Shown here piece by piece: positions 17,162 to 26,393 of a stretch of 37,112 bases of DNA; the first letter of the stretch is position 1; each line of letters begins with the position of its first letter. Made by a program: the position numbers and the translations under genes. The stretch comes from a virus (Duplodnaviria > Caudoviricetes), in IMG/VR virus record IMGVR_UViG_3300025296_002997, positions 1 to 37,112 of that record; one strand, written 5' to 3'. The notes under the pieces were generated by a model, which saw only the letters and a list, made by a program, of their open reading frames with translations, ran no database searches and had not been told where the DNA came from.

Positions 17162-17674
17162 TTAAATACCCAGGCGCTGACGGCGGCCTGCCAAACGGTC
17201 GACGCCGTTGACCTTGAACACGCCGTTCACCAGGTCGATCTCGATTTTCTCGGTGCCGTCGATGTTGAGCTTGTAGTAGCTGAGCGTGCTGGTGACCTGG
17301 TGCTCGGTGTTCTCGCCGGTTTGGGCATCGCCCATATCGATCTCGGTGTGGCGGCCGCGCATGACCACCTCGACCGAGGAGGCGTCGTCGATGTCGTCGC
17401 GCTCGTAGCTGCCGGTCATGCGCAGCATGTCGGCGTCGATGCGGGCAGTGCCGAAGTTGTCGAACAGACTTTCTACCAGCCCGCCTACCGTCCATTGCAC
17501 GGTGAGCAGGCCGTCTTGGCCCATATCGATACCCACTGCGCCATCCATGCCGCCGCCGCGCCACTCTTCGATCTTGCGGGTGAGGGTGGGCAAGGTGATC
17601 GACTGGACGATGCCCTGCCAGCTTTCGCCGTTGCTGAACAGGTTGAGGTCTTTGAGCTTTTTGGGGAGTGCCAT
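17162..17674 (-). CDS. gpFII: Major tail tube protein
   Basis: MALPKKLK.LNLF..G; TLPTLTRK.EEWRGGGMDG. Confidence 0.93.
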   Translation of the reverse strand: MALPKKLKDLNLFSNGESWQGIVQSITLPTLTRKIEEWRGGGMDGAVGIDMGQDGLLTVQWTVGGLVESLFDNFGTARIDADMLRMTGSYERDDIDDASSVEVVMRGRHTEIDMGDAQTGENTEHQVTSTLSYYKLNIDGTEKIEIDLVNGVFKVNGVDRLAGRRQRLGI

Positions 17675-17695
17675 GGGGGTCTCTCGCTAATCCAA

Positions 17696-18880
17696 TCAGG
17701 CGGTGGCCGCGACGCGCTCGGCGAAGTCGGCCAGGTAGGAGTCGGTGATGCGCTGCTGGAAACCGAGGTCTTCCAGTGGCGGTACCGGCGTGTAGTCGTA
17801 GTCGATGCGCAGCTTGCCGCCCTTGAGGGAGGTTTGGGTGTTGAGCTCTTCGTTCAGCCAGGCGCTGCCATCGACAATCAGCCCCAGGGTTTTCAGCTCG
17901 CGGAACTTGGCGTTCAGGCCTTCGATGATGTCTCGCGCTAATGAGGCGTGCAGGGGCAAATCCACCGCCCACAGGTGCGCTTCGGCCACGGTGTCGGCGA
18001 GGATCTGAGCGGTACGGGTGTAGTTCTCGAAGGGGAAGAGGCTTTGCGGCCCGGCGCAGGTGCGCGAGCCCCAGAAGCGGTAGCCGCTCTGGTTGACCAG
18101 GGTGGTGACATCGGCGGCATTGAGTAGGCCTGCATCGGTATTGGGCGATTGCAGATCCCAGAACACATCTTTACTGATGCCGGTGACGCCATTGACCACC
18201 ACGTTACTCAGGGTTTTATGCCAGCCCACGGTTTGATCCAGCTTGGCGCGCAGGCCCAGGGCGATAGCCACGGGGCTGATATCCACCGTGTCGGCGTCGT
18301 CGGTATCAAACGCTTGCCACTGGGGCCAGATCACCATCAACTCCCGAGCACCAAACTGATCGCGGTAGACGGTGACTTCGGTAATGGTTTCGCAGCCGTG
18401 GGCGTACACATAGCCAAAGGCGCGCAACTGCTCCAGAACCGAGATCATGGCGGTGGCCACCGGCTGGGTATCCAGGTAAGGCACGCCGATAATGCGCGGC
18501 GTTACGCCCAGCTTCTGCTTAGCCGTCAGCAGCGCCTGCAGGCCGGTGCGCTGGCCTAGCTCGGTGGTGGTGCCGATGATATTGGCGGTGGTCTCATCGG
18601 CGTCGATGCCTTCTGCCACCCGCACAACGACGATGATCGGCTTGGCCTGCTGGCTGATGGCGGTGAGGGTGTCTTTTAGCGTGCCCTGGGTGCCCGCTTT
18701 GCCAATGGCGGTATCAACATTGGTGACCAGGGCGGGCTGGTTAAGGGGAAAGGTGGTTTCATCGGCATCCGGCGCGGTGCACACCACGCCAATAACGGCA
18801 GTGGAGACCGTGCGGATGGTACGCGTGCCGTCGTTGACTTCAGCAACGCGCACGCCGTGGTGGTATTGATCGAGTGCCAT
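17696..18880 (-). CDS. gpFI: Tail sheath protein
   Basis: YHHGVRV.EVNDGTRTI; GWHKTLSN; GYRFWGSRT. Confidence 0.95.
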   Translation of the reverse strand: MALDQYHHGVRVAEVNDGTRTIRTVSTAVIGVVCTAPDADETTFPLNQPALVTNVDTAIGKAGTQGTLKDTLTAISQQAKPIIVVVRVAEGIDADETTANIIGTTTELGQRTGLQALLTAKQKLGVTPRIIGVPYLDTQPVATAMISVLEQLRAFGYVYAHGCETITEVTVYRDQFGARELMVIWPQWQAFDTDDADTVDISPVAIALGLRAKLDQTVGWHKTLSNVVVNGVTGISKDVFWDLQSPNTDAGLLNAADVTTLVNQSGYRFWGSRTCAGPQSLFPFENYTRTAQILADTVAEAHLWAVDLPLHASLARDIIEGLNAKFRELKTLGLIVDGSAWLNEELNTQTSLKGGKLRIDYDYTPVPPLEDLGFQQRITDSYLADFAERVAATA

Positions 18881-18977
18881 GGTGGCTCCTGCGCAGGTTC
18901 ACTTGTCGGATAAAGAGAAGTTGTGAATTCACGCAGGTATCGTGCGGGGGCTTGGGAGAGGGTGGTAGCGGTGGTGG

Positions 18978-18999
18978 GTGTGAGTGGGGCGGTTTACAC
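18978..18999 (-). promoter_or_regulatory. Putative Ogr-type activator site of the F late promoter
   Basis: GTGTGAGTGGGGCGGTTTACAC (TGT-N14-ACA); 21/22 identical to the site upstream of V. Confidence 0.7.
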
Positions 19000-19048
19000 C
19001 TTGGGGTGTGGTAAGGTGCTATAAAGTGACTGTTAAGGGAATGTTGGG

Positions 19049-19861
19049 ATGAGGAATTGGCTGGTTGGTGTGTGGGTAGGTGTTATTGCCAGTATTTTTG
19101 TAGGGGCTTATGTCTTAGTTTTCGGCAGTAGGCCTACGTCGACTAACCCTGAAGATTGGGCGCATTTTGCGACTTATTTATCAGGTACTGTTGGTGTAAC
19201 AGCGGTACTAGGAACTCTATATGCTGTTGTACGTACTCTGGGACAGCAGCAGGCTTTGATAGATAGCCAGGATGAGTTGTTGAAGAATCAAGTTGAACAA
19301 TTAAGTGCTTTAAAAGATAAAAATAAAGAAGATGCTAAGGTCAGAAAAGTTGACCTTGCTCACAAGTATGCGATTGAAATATTTCCTATCATGCTGAAAG
19401 ATGCCTTGACTGATATGGAAAGAAGTATTTTGTTTGAAGCAGATGGTGTGTACCAAAATGCCATGGATAATCTAAGGTCAGATAATTTTTATCCTGAAAA
19501 TTTTAAGGTGGGTGATTTTTTTAAAGGTGGAGCGGTAATTTTGTTAGAACTGGCTGAAGAAAGAGATGATGACACTGAGCTTTTAGTCAAAAGAATTATG
19601 GGTCAACCTTTATATTTGATTAATTTTTCTGCTATGCAGATTAGTGTGGATAAAGATTTGTTTTACTATTTTGAGTCAGTGATGAGTGATTACTGGCGAG
19701 TTTTAGAATGTTGCGCTGCCTACTATCAAGGTTTAGATGAAAATCCATCTGACATTGATGCTTTTGGGCTTTTAAGGTTAAAAAGAAAACCTAGGTCTTT
19801 AGAGTTGCATGCAAAAAATTGGTATGAGCTTGGACGCCTTTACAGAAATAAAAAATGTTAG
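19049..19861 (+). CDS. Membrane-anchored moron protein (2 TM + coiled coil + soluble domain)
   Basis: AT-rich and opposite to the late genes; DWAHFATYLSGTVG between TMs; Q-rich coil; extended -10 TGCTATAAA at 19017-19025. Confidence 0.8.
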   Translation: MRNWLVGVWVGVIASIFVGAYVLVFGSRPTSTNPEDWAHFATYLSGTVGVTAVLGTLYAVVRTLGQQQALIDSQDELLKNQVEQLSALKDKNKEDAKVRKVDLAHKYAIEIFPIMLKDALTDMERSILFEADGVYQNAMDNLRSDNFYPENFKVGDFFKGGAVILLELAEERDDDTELLVKRIMGQPLYLINFSAMQISVDKDLFYYFESVMSDYWRVLECCAAYYQGLDENPSDIDAFGLLRLKRKPRSLELHAKNWYELGRLYRNKKC

Positions 19862-20092
19862 CGATCTGAAGATAATTAAATTAGTGTAGTTTGCACAGAA
19901 AATGCAAAGGCAGTTCTTCGATATAGTGATTTTATAATTTGGAGTTCAAAGTGAAAAATTGCTTTCGCATGAGTGCTTTGGAAGTAAAAGTCTGTTCAAA
20001 AAAGATAGTTTTATGAATAGTGTTGGGGTTTAGGAAAGGGTGGCATAATAGGTGTGCATAAAGGCCCGCCATACAGCGGGACTTGGTAGTCG

Positions 20093-20167
20093 CTACGGAA
20101 TGAATGGGAATTTGCCATAAAGAAACGTTAGGTAAAAAGTAGTGGTAATGATTATCCAGGCAAGCAT
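20093..20167 (-). CDS. 24-aa hydrophobic peptide MLAWIIITTTFYLTFLYGKFPFIP (candidate type I toxin)
   Basis: AAGGAG 7 nt before ATG; downstream hairpin at about 20061-20084; below the ORF-track size cutoff. Confidence 0.5.
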   Translation of the reverse strand: MLAWIIITTTFYLTFLYGKFPFIP

Positions 20168-20266
20168 AGAAAGACTCCTTTTTAATGGGGGGAGCCTAGA
20201 TTTTTACATGACGATTCCCAAGCGGCCCGACGTCTACGATGCCCTTTAAGGACTACTCGGTGACAC

Positions 20267-20983
20267 TCACCAAAATAATTGCTCAATTCCTTCCCTATCT
20301 TCAGCCTCCAACGCCGCATCCAGCCGATCCTTCAACTGCCAATTTTTCTGATAGATCTTCTCAATATGCCCCAGTGCTGCGAGCGTTAGTGCATCTATCT
20401 CAGTAGCGGTTAACTCGCGGTTTACGTTTTGCAAACCTCGAAACGTTAGCAATACCTCTGGCTGACCAGCTGCAATAAGACGTTGCGCCTGGGCCTGCAA
20501 GCTGAGCAGATTAATCTGATCTTGCGGGCGGGTTTGAACCACATCATTTTCGCCGTTGAAGTCATACTCCAGGCCAGCGGCGAAGGCGGCATCGCGGGCG
20601 GCATCCAGCTCACGGCGTTTGCGAGCAGCGAGTTGTTCCAATGATTCCGGTGGCGGGTCGACTAGTACCGGGTGGCCATCCTCATCGGCTTGTATCCGTT
20701 TGCCCTTGCTGAGGCCATCTAACAGTTGTTGGTAGTGCTCGGCGGTGATCTCTACCGCTTCGGCAGGAATTTTCGTTTCGGGGTTGGGCACCTCAATCAT
20801 TGGCGGGGCTACGGTATCGTCACGCACTTCGATCGTTGGCGCCTTATCGGGCTCGCCTTGCCAAGTTGGATCGGGAATTTGGATCAATGGCCATTCAAAG
20901 TCGGGATCGATAATCTGTTTGATGCGGGCGCCGTGGTATTGGCATTCGTAAAAACCGCCGTCCGCTGCGTTCCAGTAGTGCAT
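20267..20983 (-). CDS. Tail fibre assembly/chaperone-like protein
   Basis: Directly downstream of the fibre; IPAEAVEIT..Y..LL.G...GK.I.AD..G.PVL.DPP motif. Confidence 0.75.
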   Translation of the reverse strand: MHYWNAADGGFYECQYHGARIKQIIDPDFEWPLIQIPDPTWQGEPDKAPTIEVRDDTVAPPMIEVPNPETKIPAEAVEITAEHYQQLLDGLSKGKRIQADEDGHPVLVDPPPESLEQLAARKRRELDAARDAAFAAGLEYDFNGENDVVQTRPQDQINLLSLQAQAQRLIAAGQPEVLLTFRGLQNVNRELTATEIDALTLAALGHIEKIYQKNWQLKDRLDAALEAEDREGIEQLFW

Positions 20984-20992
20984 GCTCCCTCC

Positions 20993-22537
20993 TTAATAGC
21001 CGATGGCAAACCAGTACAAGCGGCCACTGGCGATGACCGTATCGAATTCCTTTACCACCGCCATGAAGCCCGAGTTGGTGAAATTACGCTGAGTGACCGA
21101 AACGCTGGCCTGCCCTGAGTTGATGACGGGGGCCGCAAAAAGCGCTTGGTTGGGAAAAGTCGTGTTGAACGTGACGGGAACCGTTCTTTCATCGGCGAAG
21201 TCGCCATAGTCGACGTAGCCGTACTGAAACAGAAATCCGTTAGGGAGTCGTTGCACGCCATTCAGCGTACCGGTTCTTGTGAAGTCGCTCGGCCGCACAT
21301 AGCGCCCATCATGGTCACCGCTACGGCAGTGGTCGTTCATGGCTTTTGCCTGGAGCAGCGAAGCGGTTGAGGAACTGCTGCGGGATGACGTCGTGCTGTT
21401 GGGGATATTGCTTAGCCCCACGTCGTTTTTGTGCAGCGATAATGCTGCCTTCACCTGCGCCGGTGTCGAAGGGCGCATAAAGTCGCCACCAATCGTCTGA
21501 GTGGTATAGATAGCGGCGATATTACTGTTGGTAGATGAGTAACTACTGCGGAAAAGCCGAGCCCAAACATCACCCTGACTATCGCGACGCATCGGCGTGT
21601 TCGGGGTGTCAGCATCGGTAAAATACTCTCTAGTGTAATACCGGCCGTCATGATCGTTGCTCTGGCGGTGGTCATTCATGGCCTTGGCCTGGAGCACGAT
21701 CGAGGTGCTGGATGATGACCGGCTGGCCGTAGTGCCCATGGTGGCCGATGCGCCTAGCCCCAGATTGCTGCGCGCCTGGGAAGGGCTGGTTAGGTCGCTC
21801 AAGTTGTTGCTGCGTTGCGGGTAGCGGTGGTCGTGATCTCCGCTTGTGCGGTGGTCATTCATGGCCGCCGCCTGCAGCAGCAAGGTGGTGCTACTGGAAG
21901 TGCGCAGGGCGGTGTTGCCTAGCGTTGCCGATGACCCCAGTCCAAGATTGACCCGCGCCGTTGCCAGGTTGGTGAGATCCGCCAGGTTGTCGGATTTGCC
22001 GAGTCGGGTATTGGCGTTGTCGTTGGCCAGCTTCACGGCGCGAGGTGTGGCGGCCAGGTTTTGAGCGATACTGTCGGTGGCGTTGCTAAGGCGAACCACG
22101 CCTGGCGTGGTGGTGCTGGCCGGTGGGTTGCTGAAGCTGATATCGCCAAACGTCAGCGATGCCGCTGGCAGGTCGGCCAGAATGATATCGACGGTGAGCA
22201 GTAGCGTGGTAGGCCCCGACTTCTCGATGATCGGTGCCTCCTGGCTGTAGACCGCGAACAGTGTGCCGTACTCGCTGATCAGGCCAAAACCGTGCACCGT
22301 GTAGGCGTCGGTGCCTCCATCCTTAGCGGTCACGCTGATTGTATCGTCTGCGACTACCTCCCCCGCGATACTCGCAAACCGCTTAATCTCATCCGGCAAC
22401 GCGGTCTGCGTTTTGCTGGGCGTGAATGCGGTCTCGGTAAACGCGATATGGGTGATCTCGACCGGGCCGGTACCGGTGTTGTCGGCGTTGATCAGTTCTG
22501 CACGCCCAGCGTCGGTTATGGTGATTTTGAGCGCCAT
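20993..22537 (-). CDS. Tail fibre protein
   Basis: MALKITITDAGRA baseplate-binding N-terminus; AS.TT.G.V.LS; three internal repeats; C-terminal LPNG...QYG...YWFAIGY. Confidence 0.88.
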   Translation of the reverse strand: MALKITITDAGRAELINADNTGTGPVEITHIAFTETAFTPSKTQTALPDEIKRFASIAGEVVADDTISVTAKDGGTDAYTVHGFGLISEYGTLFAVYSQEAPIIEKSGPTTLLLTVDIILADLPAASLTFGDISFSNPPASTTTPGVVRLSNATDSIAQNLAATPRAVKLANDNANTRLGKSDNLADLTNLATARVNLGLGSSATLGNTALRTSSSTTLLLQAAAMNDHRTSGDHDHRYPQRSNNLSDLTSPSQARSNLGLGASATMGTTASRSSSSTSIVLQAKAMNDHRQSNDHDGRYYTREYFTDADTPNTPMRRDSQGDVWARLFRSSYSSTNSNIAAIYTTQTIGGDFMRPSTPAQVKAALSLHKNDVGLSNIPNSTTSSRSSSSTASLLQAKAMNDHCRSGDHDGRYVRPSDFTRTGTLNGVQRLPNGFLFQYGYVDYGDFADERTVPVTFNTTFPNQALFAAPVINSGQASVSVTQRNFTNSGFMAVVKEFDTVIASGRLYWFAIGY

Positions 22538-22538
22538 G

Positions 22539-23072
22539 CTACTCCTCGGTTTGAATGCGTCGGTAGATCGTTGGGCGAGCGGCGGCATAGGTGCCGATGC
22601 CGCCTTCGGCCGCAATGCCTGCGACCAGGTTGAAGTGGCTGCGCACGGGCTTAACGCGCATCACTTCCTGCACGATGTCCTCCTGCAGTTCGGCGGCGTA
22701 GTTGTCGGCGCGCACCGTCAGCACCAGTTCAAACGTGTGGGGCGTGCCCCTGGGGTGGGTCTGCCACCACTCGCGGATGGCCACGCCCGCACCAAAAGAC
22801 TCGACCACGCGGCGGACGGATTGCACCGTGCCCCGGCGGCGGTGGATCTCGATCGCCTGGCGGATGCGCTGGCGTTTGATCTGCTCGGACCAGTAGGGCT
22901 TCCATGCCGCCACACCTAGCGACCAGGCCAGCCAGGGCAATAGCTCGGCGGGGCAGGTGTCTGGGTTCCAGAGATCACGCAGCGGCGTGGGAACCTGGGA
23001 AACACGAGCAGTGGTCTCGGCGGTGCTGCGTTCCAGTGGGGTGGCATTGGGGGGCAGCAGACTATTACTCAT
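22539..23072 (-). CDS. gpI: Tail protein I (baseplate)
   Basis: LLPPNATPLER; LWNPDTCP.ELLPWLAW. Confidence 0.92.
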   Translation of the reverse strand: MSNSLLPPNATPLERSTAETTARVSQVPTPLRDLWNPDTCPAELLPWLAWSLGVAAWKPYWSEQIKRQRIRQAIEIHRRRGTVQSVRRVVESFGAGVAIREWWQTHPRGTPHTFELVLTVRADNYAAELQEDIVQEVMRVKPVRSHFNLVAGIAAEGGIGTYAAARPTIYRRIQTEE

Positions 23073-23955
23073 CAATGCCCCCATCGGTCAGATTAATGTG
23101 GGTGCAGTAGGCCGCTTGCTGACGATTGACCGTGATGGTGGCCACCGGGCCGGTCATTTCCACGCGCTGAACGCCGGGCCGGTGCAGGGCGGCATACAGG
23201 CCAGAAAGGGTGATGTCTTTCCCCAGGCGGTGCTGTTCGTTGGCGTAGCGCTGGGCCATTTCACGAGCTTCGGCCAGCACGACCTGGCTATCGGGGCCGG
23301 GGTAGAAGTAGAGCGTGGCGGCGATGGTGTAGGAGAGGATCTCGGCGCTCTGTACGGTGACGAAGTCAGTCAGCGGCCGTACATCCTCCGCGCTGACGGC
23401 GTTATCAACGGTGGTGAGCAGTTCGTTGCTGGCGGTGCCATCGGCTTCCCTGGCCAGTACCGTAACCACGACTTCACCAGGGCCTGGGCTGGTGGCACTG
23501 GCATCCAGTACCTCACCGGTGGCGGAAAGGGCGTGGTAGATATAGGCACCTTCTGGGCCTGCGGTGGAAAGCCCCTGCAGCGAGAGCAGGATGCGACGAC
23601 GAAAGTCGGCATCCGTTTCATACACCGGCGGGATCAGCGGTATGGCCGCAGGGTCGCCGGGTGAGATTTGCAGGCGTGGAACATTGAACAGGGCGCCGAG
23701 GTTGTCGAGATCCTCCTTGGCGGCATAGGCCAGCATCACCGCACGGGCAGCTTCATTGACCCGCTGACGAACGAGCAGCTCCCGGTAGGCAGCAACCTCC
23801 AGAATTTTATAGATGGGGTCGGATTCGGCCGGTACGTCAAACGCTGGGTAGCGTTCCTGAAGGTCGGCCAGCAGCTCGGCAAGAATGGCCTCGTAGTCGA
23901 TGGCTTCGACGACGGTAGGCACCGGTAGCTGTGAAAGGTCGATAGCGACGCTCAT
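23065..23955 (-). CDS. gpJ: Baseplate assembly protein J
   Basis: IDLSQLP.P; RQRVNEAARAVMLAYA; STAGPEGAY. Confidence 0.93.
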   Translation of the reverse strand: MSVAIDLSQLPVPTVVEAIDYEAILAELLADLQERYPAFDVPAESDPIYKILEVAAYRELLVRQRVNEAARAVMLAYAAKEDLDNLGALFNVPRLQISPGDPAAIPLIPPVYETDADFRRRILLSLQGLSTAGPEGAYIYHALSATGEVLDASATSPGPGEVVVTVLAREADGTASNELLTTVDNAVSAEDVRPLTDFVTVQSAEILSYTIAATLYFYPGPDSQVVLAEAREMAQRYANEQHRLGKDITLSGLYAALHRPGVQRVEMTGPVATITVNRQQAAYCTHINLTDGGIDE

Positions 23956-24293
23956 GGGGTGGGCACCTCTACGCGAATGCGCTCGCCGTTATCCACGCGC
24001 TGAGCGGTGATGATCAGATCGAACCGGCCTGGGCGCTGGGTGGAAACCTGCCGGGTGACTTGCTGCACGCGAATGCGCGGTTCCCACTTCATTAGGGCCA
24101 CCACCGTGGCGGCATAAGCGCGCAGGGCGGTGGGGCCGTTTAAGGGCTGGTCGATCAGTTCTGGCAGCAGCGAGCCGTACTCCCGGCGCATGACGCGGGA
24201 GCCGATGGGGGTAGTGAGAATGTCCGCCACCGATTGCTGGATGTGGGCCAGCGAATCCAACTGGCGGCCGGTGTGTGCGTTCATGCCTGCCAT
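23952..24293 (-). CDS. gpW: Baseplate wedge protein W (gp25-like)
   Basis: HIQQSVADILTTPIGSRVMRREYGS; WEPRI. Confidence 0.93.
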   Translation of the reverse strand: MAGMNAHTGRQLDSLAHIQQSVADILTTPIGSRVMRREYGSLLPELIDQPLNGPTALRAYAATVVALMKWEPRIRVQQVTRQVSTQRPGRFDLIITAQRVDNGERIRVEVPTP

Positions 24294-24844
24294 TAGATTG
24301 GCCCTTGGGTGTTGGCGGGGCCGGGCTGGATGCCGCTATGGGCGTGGTCGTGCCCCACGTTTTTGCCGTTGTGAGTCAGGCCGCCGCCTTGCTGCTGGTA
24401 GCCGCCTTTCCGGTTGAGCTCGCCGGTGTGCTGGATGTTGCCTTGCCAGGTGGTGCCGCCGGGGGCGCTGATTTCGATAGCACCGGGCAGGCGAATGCGC
24501 AGCACACTGTTAGCGTGGTCGTACTCAAATAGCCCTTCATCGGGGAAGATTCTGCGCCACAGCGTGGCGACCTCCGCCGGGGCGGGGTGCGCGTTTGAGC
24601 ACAGCCCGCACAGCACCACCCCGGCGGCGGGGTCGCCGCCGGGGGAGAAGATGATCACTTGCTCGCCTTGGGTGGGCGGGTCCCAATCTCGCGTGGTGCC
24701 TGCGCGGCTTTCCAGCCAGGGCAGCCAGTCGGTTAAAAGCTCGCCGGTTTTGACGCGCACGCGGGCAGCGCGGTAGTCCACCTCGGCGATGGTGCCGAGG
24801 CGGATCAGGTTGTGCAGCAGGCGGAGGAGTTCGGGAATGTTCAT
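24293..24844 (-). CDS. gpV: Baseplate spike protein V
   Basis: NLIRLGTI; TDWLPW...RAG; C-terminal HAHSG. Confidence 0.93.
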   Translation of the reverse strand: MNIPELLRLLHNLIRLGTIAEVDYRAARVRVKTGELLTDWLPWLESRAGTTRDWDPPTQGEQVIIFSPGGDPAAGVVLCGLCSNAHPAPAEVATLWRRIFPDEGLFEYDHANSVLRIRLPGAIEISAPGGTTWQGNIQHTGELNRKGGYQQQGGGLTHNGKNVGHDHAHSGIQPGPANTQGPI

Positions 24845-24890
24845 AGCCGCTATCCTGCGGCGGCGTTTGGCGAAGGCGAAGCGGCGGCGG

Positions 24891-24912
24891 GTGTGAATGG
24901 GGCGGTTTACAC
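24891..24912 (-). promoter_or_regulatory. Putative Ogr-type activator site of the V late promoter
   Basis: GTGTGAATGGGGCGGTTTACAC; -10-like CAGGAT 7 nt before the V ATG. Confidence 0.7.
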
Positions 24913-24920
24913 CGAGCCGC

Positions 24921-25379
24921 CTAACTAGTGCTGAGGTGCTTCAGCACGGAATCCATGATGTGCTCTTGATCCAGCGCGGTGAAACCGAGCAGCTCCCGTT
25001 GGGCGTACTCCACGCGGGGGCCGTCGCGGGTGACGCGGTCTTTCAGGCCGCGCTGGTGGGTAGCGGCGATGCGGGCGACGCTGCCGAAGAAGCCCACCAC
25101 GGCGGTGTCGCCTTGGGCGGTGGCCTTGAGCCATTTGGCGGTGGAGAGTTTGCTGAACATGGCGCGCCGTTTGATGCTGCCTTGCTGGGCGCGCAGGCGC
25201 TGTTCCTTACGCGGGGCGTAGGGCGTGCCGTCCGGGTTGGTTTGGGCGCGGATGCGTTCGCGCTGGCGGCGGCGGAGATCCCGCGCCACGTTGCGGGCCA
25301 GGGCGCGTCGCTGTTGGTCGTCCAGCTTGGCGAGCAGCGGGCCGACCCACTCCTCTAGTGCTTCCATATTATCCGGCAT
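24921..25379 (-). CDS. gpS: Virion morphogenesis/tail completion protein S
   Basis: RI.AQ.NPDGTPYAPRK; RIA..HQ.GL; RELLG. Confidence 0.92.
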   Translation of the reverse strand: MPDNMEALEEWVGPLLAKLDDQQRRALARNVARDLRRRQRERIRAQTNPDGTPYAPRKEQRLRAQQGSIKRRAMFSKLSTAKWLKATAQGDTAVVGFFGSVARIAATHQRGLKDRVTRDGPRVEYAQRELLGFTALDQEHIMDSVLKHLSTS

Positions 25380-25863
25380 GCGGGCCGTCCCATTCGGCTA
25401 CCAGGGTGTACTCCGCCTGGGCCGCGCTGTCGCGGATCAATAGCTGCCAGCGGGTATCCGGGCAGCCGGTTGAATCAAACCGGGGCAGGGCGCGGTCGAC
25501 CTTAATGTGCCCGGTCGCGCATTCCACCTTGGCGAGCACCCGTTCGCTGAGCGTTACCCGCAAGGCCACATCCACCGATTGGTGGCTGAGAATCTCGGCT
25601 TCGAAGCGGATGGCTTCAGCGGGGTCGGCGTCGGGCTGGTATTCGGCCAGCCACTGCAGCAGCGGCACGATGATGGTGTCTAGGTTCGCGCTGAAGTCGG
25701 TGAGCACGAGCTGGGCGGTGAACTGGTATTCGTGGGTGAGGTTGGGGCCACGGCGAAAGGCGATGCTGCCTTCTTCCACGAAGGTGAGAAGCCGTTCGGG
25801 GTCTTTCGCCAGGGCGGGTACCGCGTTAATCAGGTGAGCGCGTAGCAGGTGGAGCTTCTGCAT
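25369..25863 (-). CDS. gpR: Tail completion protein R
   Basis: MQKL..LR..L..AVP.L..DPERL..FVEEG; L.WL...QPD. Confidence 0.9.
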   Translation of the reverse strand: MQKLHLLRAHLINAVPALAKDPERLLTFVEEGSIAFRRGPNLTHEYQFTAQLVLTDFSANLDTIIVPLLQWLAEYQPDADPAEAIRFEAEILSHQSVDVALRVTLSERVLAKVECATGHIKVDRALPRFDSTGCPDTRWQLLIRDSAAQAEYTLVAEWDGPHAG

Positions 25864-26110
25864 GGTTGGCCTCTTGGCAGGCGATGACGGCATCGACCTC
25901 GGCGGCGCACTGTGCCCAGGCGGCTTCGGTGCGTTCTAGCTGCAGGTCGAGTTCGCCGTTGGTTTCGGGATTACTCGCGGGGAGCGTGCAGGGGCTGGGG
26001 GTCGCGCACTGATTGATGATAAGCGTCGGCACCGGTGACGGCGGGGCGGCGGCGCATCCGGATAACAGCATCAGGCAGGCGAGCGTTCGCCCAAGCGCGA
26101 AGTTCTGCAT
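25826..26110 (-). CDS. lysC: Outer-membrane spanin lipoprotein (Rz1-like)
   Basis: Lipobox LLSGC; Pro-rich; WAQCAAEVD; overlaps lysB. Confidence 0.85.
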   Translation of the reverse strand: MQNFALGRTLACLMLLSGCAAAPPSPVPTLIINQCATPSPCTLPASNPETNGELDLQLERTEAAWAQCAAEVDAVIACQEANHAEAPPATRSPD

Positions 26111-26393
26111 TTTCACGGTGTAGCTCCTCAATGGTGGCCAGGCGGTTGGCCGCTGTGCGGGTGAGTGTGGCCTGCTGCTGAGCGAGGGCGCGGCGCTGGC
26201 TCTCTAGGCGCATGGCGTTTTCCCAGAGCGCATCAATGACCACTTTGCTTTCTGCTTCCCGCTGCTGCGATTGGGCGAGCTGCTGCTCGACAAGATCTGC
26301 ACGGGCTTCGGCGGCGTGGGTGCGTTGCCACAGCGCCCAGGTGACCAGCAGCACAAGCACCAGGATGGCGAGGGCGGCGAGTAGGCGGGTCAT
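25971..26393 (-). CDS. lysB: Inner-membrane spanin (Rz-like)
   Basis: N-terminal TM, coiled coil, EN.ELR.WA...LPD.V.R. Confidence 0.88.
   Translation of the reverse strand: MTRLLAALAILVLVLLVTWALWQRTHAAEARADLVEQQLAQSQQREAESKVVIDALWENAMRLESQRRALAQQQATLTRTAANRLATIEELHRENAELRAWANARLPDAVIRMRRRPAVTGADAYHQSVRDPQPLHAPRE

Noticed and set aside
20200-22537. Tail-fibre invertible segment or diversity-generating retroelement
   Set aside because: No invertase, reverse transcriptase, flanking inverted repeats or template/variable repeat pair seen
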